NCBI GenBank assembly: GCA_964449445.1
Contig: CAYUZT010000003.1
Span: 110,371-174,370, forward strand
DNA: 64,000 nucleotides
Reading direction: 5' to 3'
Origin: an uncultured Candidatus Peribacteria bacterium
GTDB lineage: Bacteria > Patescibacteriota > Gracilibacteria > Peribacterales > Peribacteraceae
The translations under genes were made by a program, and so were the position numbers. A model generated the notes under the pieces. That model ran no database searches and was not told where the DNA came from. It saw only the letters and a list, made by a program, of their open reading frames with translations. Numbering within the stretch: position 1 is the first letter of the stretch; each line of letters opens with the position of its first letter. Below, piece by piece: positions 18,417 to 25,255 of this stretch.

Positions 18417-18452
18417 GAAAGGCCACCAGTGACAATCTGGAGGCCTTTTTGG
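18417..18452 (+). terminator. rho-independent terminator after P3
   Basis: GAAAGGCCACCAG-tgacaat-CTGGAGGCCTTTTT: a 12-13 bp stem with one mismatch, followed by a T run. Confidence 0.7.
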
Positions 18453-18487
18453 CTATTTGAGCACTAAAACAGTGAAGAAAATGGTAC

Positions 18488-18516
18488 TAGACAAGATCAT
18501 TTTTCCATGTTATAAA
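18488..18516 (+). promoter_or_regulatory. sigma-70-like promoter TAGACA-N17-TATAAA upstream of P4
   Basis: -35 at 18488-18493 and -10 at 18511-18516. TATAAATTaCCCCTTTTG and the first five codons (MRTSA) are shared with the P1 upstream region. Confidence 0.6.
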
Positions 18517-18548
18517 TTACCCCTTTTGTTTTCTCCAATCCCTCCCCT

Positions 18549-20390
18549 ATGCGTACGTCCGCATTCCACCGGTTCCTGAGTACGCTAGTCGCTCTCGCGC
18601 TCCTCATGCCACTGGGAGGGTCTCTGTTGACCATCGAGACTGCCTCGGCAAGCCACTCGCAGTGCAGTGACGGAGTGGATAATGACGATGACCGGAGAAT
18701 TGACTACCCGACCGATAGCGATTGCACGTCGATCGATGATAACAGCGAAGACATCGATAACGGCGTCTTCGTCACGGTCACGGATAACCGCGACCAGGTC
18801 GCCCCCGGCGACGCCATCACGTACATCATCGCGCTCAAGCAGCAGCGCGACGCGGTGAAACTGGTGAATGTCGCGCTCCATGTCCCGTCGCAGAATTCCA
18901 TCGTCTCCACGAGCGATGACGGCACGATCCGCGATGGAAGCGTTCTCTGGCACAAAGTCGCCGTCTTCAAGAACAACATCCGCCGCCTCACCGTGCACGT
19001 GGTCACGAGTCCGTACGTAGAGCCGGGACAGCTTTTGGTCGCGCGGGTTACGGCCGACGGTAGCCAGGCAAGCGATACCACGATGGTTGAGGGAGGACGC
19101 GCAATCCCCTATGTGCAGAACCAGTTGGAAGTCTCCATTGACGATCATCGCGAGAGCGCGCAGCCCGGCGATATCCTCGAGTACCTCGTGACGGTGCGCA
19201 ATCCCGGGGACACCCGCACGGCGGTCCATGTTCGCGTGAAGATTCCGTCTGCCCTCCGCGTGATTGATGCACGAGGTGCGGACTTCCTGGGCAGCGACAT
19301 CGTCTGGCAGAACATCACGGTGAATCCCGGCCAGGAACGCACGTTCGTCTTCCGGGCATCCGTCGACACGCGCCTTCCGCAGCACTTCCCGATCCAGGTT
19401 GTGGCGAGAGCGGGGAACGTGATCGCCTACGACCGCACCGTCACCGGCGGCGGCTCGGGCCCGTACGCGCTCTTCTCGTCCATCACCGATAACCGCGATA
19501 CGGCGGAGCGGGGCGATCTGCTCACCTATGTGATCCACGTCGATAACACCTCGGGCTCTCTGGATCCCAATGCGAGCATCTCCGCAGGCCTGCCCATCCA
19601 CAGCGAATTCGTCTCCGCGACCGAAGGCGGCACGTGGGATGGCACAAACGTCCGGTGGCTCCACACGACGATTGCACCCAATGGCAGCCGGGACCTGGAA
19701 TTCACGGTCCGTGTCCGCACCGACGCTCCCGACGGCACGCTCCTGAGGGCCTCGGCCCGGGTGCGGGGCTTCGTCACGAGCGACATCACGCAGGTGGGAG
19801 GGTATTACTCGGGCTACCGGGAGCAGCCGTACGATAGCCAGTCTCTGAGCGTCGAAAAGCGAGTCGATCGTCCGTATGCGTCTGCGGGCAGTTCGGTCAC
19901 CTACACGATCACCGTTCGGAACATGCTCGACCGGGAGTTGATCGGCATCGACGTGAACGATGCCTACGATGCAGCAGTCTTGAGAATCACCGATCCCGGC
20001 TCCGGCAGTGTACGCAACGGCAGGATCTTCTGGATCCTGGATGCCCTCTCGCCCGGTGAAGTCCGCACGTTCACCTACACCGGAAGACTGACACAGTCTC
20101 TTCGCTCCGATGCAGGTGTCCTCAATACCGCCCGCGCATACATTGGCGCGAGCGATGTCGGCTACGTTCCGACGGGTGGGTATTACGATGACAGAACGAC
20201 ATTCGACCACTATCTGCTTCCCGTCACGGGCGTCGGCGACTTCTTCGCTCCGCTCGAAAATACCGCTCAATTTTTGTCACCTATTCGTTCTGCAACAGAA
20301 GGAAATGGCCTGCCCGCATTGCTTTGGCTGGGACTGATTGCCGTGGGACTTGCCGCAGGAATGTTCTTGGGAAAGAAGATCAGGGCCTAA
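18549..20390 (+). CDS. surface protein P4: signal peptide, one Cys/Asp repeat, four DUF11-like domains, LPVTG-type tail
   Basis: CSDGVDNDDDRRIDYPTDSDCTSIDDNSE (18663-18749). Repeated blocks such as DNRD.a.pGD.ltY.i...N.g appear four times. The tail is LLPVTGVGDFFAPLENTAQFLSP..hydrophobic..KKIRA. Confidence 0.8.
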   Translation: MRTSAFHRFLSTLVALALLMPLGGSLLTIETASASHSQCSDGVDNDDDRRIDYPTDSDCTSIDDNSEDIDNGVFVTVTDNRDQVAPGDAITYIIALKQQRDAVKLVNVALHVPSQNSIVSTSDDGTIRDGSVLWHKVAVFKNNIRRLTVHVVTSPYVEPGQLLVARVTADGSQASDTTMVEGGRAIPYVQNQLEVSIDDHRESAQPGDILEYLVTVRNPGDTRTAVHVRVKIPSALRVIDARGADFLGSDIVWQNITVNPGQERTFVFRASVDTRLPQHFPIQVVARAGNVIAYDRTVTGGGSGPYALFSSITDNRDTAERGDLLTYVIHVDNTSGSLDPNASISAGLPIHSEFVSATEGGTWDGTNVRWLHTTIAPNGSRDLEFTVRVRTDAPDGTLLRASARVRGFVTSDITQVGGYYSGYREQPYDSQSLSVEKRVDRPYASAGSSVTYTITVRNMLDRELIGIDVNDAYDAAVLRITDPGSGSVRNGRIFWILDALSPGEVRTFTYTGRLTQSLRSDAGVLNTARAYIGASDVGYVPTGGYYDDRTTFDHYLLPVTGVGDFFAPLENTAQFLSPIRSATEGNGLPALLWLGLIAVGLAAGMFLGKKIRA

Positions 20391-20402
20391 AAGTAATTCA
20401 AT

Positions 20403-20468
20403 GAAGTCGAAGAGGTCGAGGAATCACACTCCTCGATTTCTTTGATTTCTTCTCTTTCCTCGATTTCC
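20403..20468. repeat. low-complexity hairpin element H1 (GAGGTCGAA-type units) between convergent P4 and pth
   Basis: Purine-rich arm GAAGTCGAAGAGGTCGAGGAATC, loop ACACT, pyrimidine-rich arm CCTCGATTTCTTTGATTTCTTC... The core is TCGAGG/CCTCGA. Outer mismatches are mostly G opposite T. Confidence 0.65.
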
Positions 20469-21025
20469 TACTCCTCCACTTTCTCCATCACAAACTTCGT
20501 CACTAGCTCCGGCAGCATTTTGAGGACCTCTTCGATCTTCTTCTTCTCGTCCGCCGGCGGAGTACTGAGCACCCACGTCGCGAGCTCTTCTCCCTTCGGC
20601 TGCGTTCCGCCAATGCCGATGCGCAGTCGCGGGAATTCTTCGCCCAATGTGACGACAATGGAACGCAGGCCGTTATGCGTTCCCGATCCGCCCTTCATCC
20701 GCAGCCGAACTTCGCCGAGCGGCAGGTCGATATCGTCGCAGAGCACCAGAACTTGTTCCCGCGGATTGAGCTTATAAAATTCAATAAGCTTTCGGATGCA
20801 TTCGCCGGAGCGGTTCACGTACGTCGTCGGCTGGACGAGCAGTACGGGCACCGTGACGATTCTCGCCTCCTGCATGCGGCACAGGAACTTCTGCTGATCT
20901 TTCCAGTCCCCTTCTCCGAACTGCTCGGAGAGAACTTCAACAGCTTGAAAACCGATATTGTGGCGTGTCTTCAGGTACTCCTTGCCGGGATTGCCGAGGC
21001 CGACAATGAGCAGGTGCGGTTTCAT
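20468..21025 (-). CDS. pth: peptidyl-tRNA hydrolase
   Basis: MKPHLLIVGLGNPGKEYLKTRHNIGF and GTHNGLRS motifs. Start at the internal ATG of ORF 20468..21181. Confidence 0.9.
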   Translation of the reverse strand: MKPHLLIVGLGNPGKEYLKTRHNIGFQAVEVLSEQFGEGDWKDQQKFLCRMQEARIVTVPVLLVQPTTYVNRSGECIRKLIEFYKLNPREQVLVLCDDIDLPLGEVRLRMKGGSGTHNGLRSIVVTLGEEFPRLRIGIGGTQPKGEELATWVLSTPPADEKKKIEEVLKMLPELVTKFVMEKVEE

Positions 21026-21032
21026 CGCCGGG

Positions 21033-21722
21033 TCAGATGCGTGAGGAGGTGAATGTTGACCTGCGTGGCCGCGGACGCGCCTGCGGAGAGGGATTCTTTT
21101 CCTTCGTAACGTCCTTCTCGCGAACAGCAGGATCTTTGTTCTCTTTCGTGAGTTCGCCTTCCTGCATGCGCTGCGCGACAAAGGTGGAAATCAATTCCTC
21201 GACGTGCTTCGCATTCTTCAGATTTTTCGTATGGAGATAGGCTTCCATGTTCTTGAGAATCGTCGATTCCACAGCTCGCGGACGCGGAACATTCTCGAGC
21301 GAGACGGTGGATCCCGTGGAGATCTTCTCGATCGCGACCGTGCCGTAGCGCATCACTGTTCCGAGGATCCCGTGGATCTCGTAGCTGACGCCCTGGATGT
21401 CGCTGTAGAGGATGCGCGACGACTGCCGGTGAAACCACCCGAGCCATTCCAGATCGATGATGCCGTGATCGGTGATGATCCAGGCATCCAGATAGTAATC
21501 GAGGAAATTCCGCATCCACCACACGAGCGACGCGATGCCCCAGAGCGCCGCAACGATGACGGTGATCTGCGAGAAGCGGATGGCGAGCAGGAGATCGGCC
21601 AGGAGAAAAGAGACCGTTGGCCAGAGGAGAAATCGAAGGCCGAGCAGCCAGTGCTTGTGCACGATCATCGCGACGTGTTCGTCGTCCTCCAGGTGCTTTT
21701 TGAAGAGGAAACTATCGAGCAT
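21033..21722 (-). CDS. membrane protein with bacterial PH (YdbS/YdbT-like) domain
   Basis: Two N-terminal TM helices are followed by a PH-like segment (ITDHGIIDLEWLGWFHRQSSRILYSDIQGVSYEIHGILGTVMRYGTVAIE). Basic tail. Confidence 0.45.
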   Translation of the reverse strand: MLDSFLFKKHLEDDEHVAMIVHKHWLLGLRFLLWPTVSFLLADLLLAIRFSQITVIVAALWGIASLVWWMRNFLDYYLDAWIITDHGIIDLEWLGWFHRQSSRILYSDIQGVSYEIHGILGTVMRYGTVAIEKISTGSTVSLENVPRPRAVESTILKNMEAYLHTKNLKNAKHVEELISTFVAQRMQEGELTKENKDPAVREKDVTKEKNPSPQARPRPRRSTFTSSRI

Positions 21723-21780
21723 GGCCCTCAGTGTAGCGTTTCGGACAAAGCGCTGTACACCGCTCGAGGCGCTCCGTAGA

Positions 21781-22416
21781 ATGCCCCGGATGAAGCTCCA
21801 AAAGCACGGATTCTGGTATCACCTCCTCGACGTTCTCTTCAATATCGTCGTGATCGTTGCGATCGTGGCGGCCATCCGCACATTCCTCGTCTCGCCGTTC
21901 CAGGTGGAGGGCAGTTCGATGATCGATACGCTCTACGACAAGGAGTACATCATCATCAATAAGTTCGCGTACCTTCTTGGGGAACCCTCGCGCGGGGACG
22001 TTGTGGTGTTCCGCCCTCCCAATGACCGGAAGAAGTACTACGTAAAACGCGTCATCGGCATGCCCGGCGATACCGTGACCATCAAGGACGGATTCGTGTT
22101 CGTCAAAACCCCCGGTGACGACGAGAGACACAAGCTGGAGGAAGCGGAGTACCTGAACTCGCGTAATCTGGGGAACACGTTCCGTCATCCTCCCAGCAGC
22201 GGCGACCGCACGGTGGTGACCTACGACGTTCCGGCAGGTCAGTACTTTCTGCTCGGAGACAACCGTCAGGGAAGCCTGGATTCCCGCAGTTTCACAGGTG
22301 ACGGCGGCAAGCAAACACCCTTCGTTCAGGAGAGCGACATCAAGGGTCGCGTGTGGTTCATTGCGCTCCCGATCACGAAGATTCATGCGCTGGAAGAGCC
22401 GGAGTACGGGCTATAA
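21781..22416 (+). CDS. lepB: signal peptidase I
   Basis: GSSMIDTL, GDVVVFRPP, YVKRVIGMPGDTV, GDNRQGSLDSR. An alternative in-frame ATG lies at 21721. Confidence 0.9.
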   Translation: MPRMKLQKHGFWYHLLDVLFNIVVIVAIVAAIRTFLVSPFQVEGSSMIDTLYDKEYIIINKFAYLLGEPSRGDVVVFRPPNDRKKYYVKRVIGMPGDTVTIKDGFVFVKTPGDDERHKLEEAEYLNSRNLGNTFRHPPSSGDRTVVTYDVPAGQYFLLGDNRQGSLDSRSFTGDGGKQTPFVQESDIKGRVWFIALPITKIHALEEPEYGL

Positions 22417-22420
22417 AAAA

Positions 22421-22547
22421 AGAATCCGACGACTCCGAGGAATCCGAAGAGTCCGAGGTCCAGACGGAAAAGGAGAACGGTAACTTTTCCTCGTTTCACT
22501 ATTTCCCACGCCAACTGGACCTTGGCATCTTCGGAATCTTTGGAGTC
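22421..22547. repeat. low-complexity hairpin element H2 (GGAnTCCGA units) between lepB and secE
   Basis: The 33-nt arms ending at 22463 and starting at 22515 are complementary at 27 of 33 positions by my count. The loop is about 51 nt. Confidence 0.7.
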
Positions 22548-22637
22548 TTTTTTAACGTAAATTTCCCTTGCAGCAGTTCTGATTTCCTGTAACATAAGTA
22601 CGGCCCCTGAGGGCTTTTTTCTTTAGTCTTTCGAACC

Positions 22638-22832
22638 ATGGTCACCACTCTCACCACCTACCTTCGCGAAGCGATTCAGGAACTGGAACTCGTCCGGTGG
22701 CCGACTCGCCAGCAGGCGGTCCGGCTCTCCGTCGTCGTGCTGCTCTTCACGCTTGCGTCCGCAGCGGCGTTCGGGCTCGTGGATTTCCTCCTCAGTTCGC
22801 TCGTCAGTTTCTTGCTCTCCTTCGCCGTCTAA
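22638..22832 (+). CDS. secE: preprotein translocase subunit SecE
   Basis: 64 aa with LREAIQELELVRWPTRQQ followed by a single TM helix. Immediately upstream of nusG. Confidence 0.85.
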   Translation: MVTTLTTYLREAIQELELVRWPTRQQAVRLSVVVLLFTLASAAAFGLVDFLLSSLVSFLLSFAV

Positions 22833-22833
22833 T

Positions 22834-23379
22834 ATGGGCAAACAGGATCCCCGGGCAGGACGGAATTGGTATGTCCTGCACACGTACTCCGGCTACGAAG
22901 ACAGCGTCAAACAGGCGCTTGAGCAACGGGTGGAATCGCTCGGCATGCAGGATTACATTTTCTCGGTCATGGTCCCCAAGGAGAAGCAGCTCGTGTTCAA
23001 AAAGGGCGAGCCGGTGGAAGAGGAAAAAAAGTTGTTTCCCGGATACGTCCTGGTCGACATGATCGTGACGGATGAATCGTGGTACGTCGTCCGCAATACC
23101 CCCAATGTCACCGGTTTCGTCGGCTCCGGAAACATTCCCGTCGCTGTGAGCCCGGAAGAATTCGGCGTCATCGAGCGGCGCATCGGCGAAGAGCAAGCGA
23201 AGTTCAGGAGCGACTTCCAGGTAGGCGATCTGGTGATCATCATCGACGGGCCGTTCAAGAACTACGAAGGCTCCGTGCAGAGCGTGGATGTGAATAAAGG
23301 AAAGCTCAACGTTGCCGTCCTCATTTTCGATCGTGAGACGCCGGTTGAGTTGGACTTCACGCAGGTAAAAAAGAAATAG
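22834..23379 (+). CDS. nusG: transcription termination/antitermination factor NusG
   Basis: WYVLHTYSGYEDSV, LFPGYVLVDM, VRNTPNVTGFVG, and KOW segment GDLVIIIDGPFKNYEGSV. Start at the internal ATG at 22834. Confidence 0.95.
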   Translation: MGKQDPRAGRNWYVLHTYSGYEDSVKQALEQRVESLGMQDYIFSVMVPKEKQLVFKKGEPVEEEKKLFPGYVLVDMIVTDESWYVVRNTPNVTGFVGSGNIPVAVSPEEFGVIERRIGEEQAKFRSDFQVGDLVIIIDGPFKNYEGSVQSVDVNKGKLNVAVLIFDRETPVELDFTQVKKK

Positions 23380-23495
23380 GACTCCGAGGATTCCAAAGAT
23401 TCCAAGGACCAGTTGGAAAGGTCGTAATAAACTGCAGAAAATCTGCGATTCTCGGTATACATCTGGACCTTGGACTCTTCGGAATCTTTGGAATC
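23380..23495. repeat. low-complexity hairpin element H3 (same family as H2 and H9) between nusG and acyP
   Basis: Arms GGACTCCGAGGATTCCAAAGATTCCAAGGACCAG and CTGGACCTTGGACTCTTCGGAATCTTTGGAATC are complementary at 27 of 33 positions by my count. 50-nt loop. Confidence 0.75.
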
Positions 23496-23520
23496 TTTTG
23501 GATTGTTCTATCATACCCTC

Positions 23521-23790
23521 ATGCCCGCTACCCGTATCATCATCTCCGGCCTCGTCCAGGGCGTCTTCTTCCGCGCACAAGCCAAAGAGCAGGCGGATGC
23601 ACTCGGAATTACAGGCTGGGTGCGTAATAACAATGACGGCTCCGTGGAAATTCACGGCGAAGGATCTGACGATATGCTCAATAAGCTCACAGAATGGTGC
23701 CGCACGGGTCCGGAGAAAGCGGTCGTGAAGAATGTCACGGTAACGGTTCCATTGGAGCAGCACTCCCCGGCATTCGAGATCTGGTATTGA
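23521..23790 (+). CDS. acyP: acylphosphatase
   Basis: ISGLVQGVFFRAQAKEQADALGITGWVRNNNDGSVEIHGEG. TATCAT lies 6 nt upstream of the ATG. Confidence 0.85.
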   Translation: MPATRIIISGLVQGVFFRAQAKEQADALGITGWVRNNNDGSVEIHGEGSDDMLNKLTEWCRTGPEKAVVKNVTVTVPLEQHSPAFEIWY

Positions 23791-25084
23791 TGACCTTCAT
23801 CAGGAGCACACCGAGCGCCATCGCCTGCAGGACTTGGCCGACCGCGTATCCGAGAGGAAGACTGAACACGCCGAAGCGCCCTACAAACACCCATGCGATG
23901 GTAATCGCCACGGCAGCAGAGAGCGTCCCGATCACCGCGGGGATCAGCGTGTTTTTGAGCGAGTAGAAGCAGCGCAGCAGAAGATGCGTGGAACTCTCAA
24001 AAGGAATACTCAGCGCGTACAGGATTAAACTCATGCGGAACGCCGGATACCACATGCTCGTGTGCAGGTGAACAAGTTGCGCAGCCACCGGCGCAATCAG
24101 AATCAACACCAGTGCCGCGGGAATCGTCAGCAGGAGCATCATGGCCATCCCCTTCTCCATGTAGATGCGAAATCTGTTCATCTCCCCCCTCGCAGCGGCC
24201 TGTCCCAGGAGCGAGTACGCCGACTGGGCGAGCGCGATGCCCACCACTCCGACGACGACGCTCTGGAAATTGCGCGAGTACGCGTTAATGGTGATGGAAC
24301 CGTTATCAAGACCCGAGGCGACGGTATCAAACAGCAGGAGCTGCAACTGCAGAGCGCCCAGTGCAAACATGCGCGGGAGCATGAGGATTCCCATGTGGTG
24401 GAGATCGGGATGCCAGAGCTTTTTCGGCAAGCGGAACCCCATGCGGAACACGACGGCTCCGCGAACGAGCACGTACACCACTGCCCCCAGGACCGTGCCG
24501 AGCATCGGGCCTTCGACTCCCACAAGCGGGGTCAGAAAGAGCGTTCCGATAATCGTCCCCGCGGTGTAGAGCACCGGCGTGAGGCCGTAGATCCAGTACT
24601 TCTGCTCGGTGATCAGCGCCTGGCCGAAGGAATTGCCGAAGACGAACAGGAAATTCGTCACAAGCGCCAAGCGGCCGAAGTGCACGTAGAGCGCAAGCTC
24701 TTCACCTGTAAATTGGACGAGATACGGGGCCACCCACGGGAGCGCGAGCCCCAGTGCGAGTCCGAGCACACCAAAGAACATGCTGCCGATCGCCATGGTG
24801 CCTCCCAGGACCTGCCACATCTGCGATGTTCTCCCATGCGCTTTGTGCGCCGCGAGCATCGGCACGAACACGGTCCCCAGAGCCGACATCACGCAGACCT
24901 GGAACAGAAGATCGCTTGGACGAAACGACGCGACGTACGCGTCCACAACACCCAGGCCCGGGAACGTGCGGGCGAGCAGATTATCGCGAACCAGACCCGC
25001 GAGTGACGCCGCAAACTGCGTTATAGCAAGGACGATTGCGCCTCCCATCAGGCGATGTTGGTGGAGGAATTGCGGAAGGCGCAT
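23735..25084 (-). CDS. murJ: lipid II flippase MurJ/MviN family
   Basis: Polytopic protein: AASLAGLVRDNLLARTFPGLGVVDAYVASFRPSDLLF, ITINAYSRNFQSVVVGVVGIALAQ. Start at the internal ATG; 56-bp convergent overlap with acyP. Confidence 0.8.
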   Translation of the reverse strand: MRLPQFLHQHRLMGGAIVLAITQFAASLAGLVRDNLLARTFPGLGVVDAYVASFRPSDLLFQVCVMSALGTVFVPMLAAHKAHGRTSQMWQVLGGTMAIGSMFFGVLGLALGLALPWVAPYLVQFTGEELALYVHFGRLALVTNFLFVFGNSFGQALITEQKYWIYGLTPVLYTAGTIIGTLFLTPLVGVEGPMLGTVLGAVVYVLVRGAVVFRMGFRLPKKLWHPDLHHMGILMLPRMFALGALQLQLLLFDTVASGLDNGSITINAYSRNFQSVVVGVVGIALAQSAYSLLGQAAARGEMNRFRIYMEKGMAMMLLLTIPAALVLILIAPVAAQLVHLHTSMWYPAFRMSLILYALSIPFESSTHLLLRCFYSLKNTLIPAVIGTLSAAVAITIAWVFVGRFGVFSLPLGYAVGQVLQAMALGVLLMKVINTRSRMPGSAAPMEPLP

Positions 25085-25134
25085 CCAGGGCAGGATAGCT
25101 GAATGCTGATGCAGATTCCTCCATGAACTTGGGA

Positions 25135-25175
25135 GCGGGCATTCTGCCCGCGTGTCCGCAGGCAAGAATGCCTGC
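25135..25175. promoter_or_regulatory. two adjacent near-identical 7-bp-stem hairpins in the murJ/purL divergent intergenic region
   Basis: GCGGGCA-ttc-TGCCCGC (25135-25151) and GCAGGCA-agaa-TGCCTGC (25158-25175). Confidence 0.35.
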
Positions 25176-25255
25176 TGCTTTATCCGGACTTTGCCTTCGT
25201 GCACCTCTTTGCGTATCTTTCCTCCATAGAAGTCCCTGTTCTCCAGTTTTCGGCG

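Noticed and set aside
18585-20270. 561-aa ORF on the minus strand, antisense to surface protein P4
   Set aside because: It lies fully inside the P4 frame, which has clear signal peptide, DUF11-like repeats and the LPVTG tail. The antisense product is Arg/Asp/Gly/Val-rich with no motifs, as is typical of stop-poor antisense frames in GC-rich coding DNA.
22420-22637. A small ribosomal protein gene (rpmG) or tRNA upstream of secE, as seen in many bacteria
   Set aside because: Reading both strands gave no L33-like Cys-rich short ORF and no cloverleaf. The space is occupied by hairpin element H2 and a weak GC hairpin with a T run.
22804-23763. 319-aa minus-strand ORF spanning nusG, hairpin H3 and acyP
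   Set aside because: It overlaps two well-supported plus-strand genes and crosses a repeat element. No motifs.
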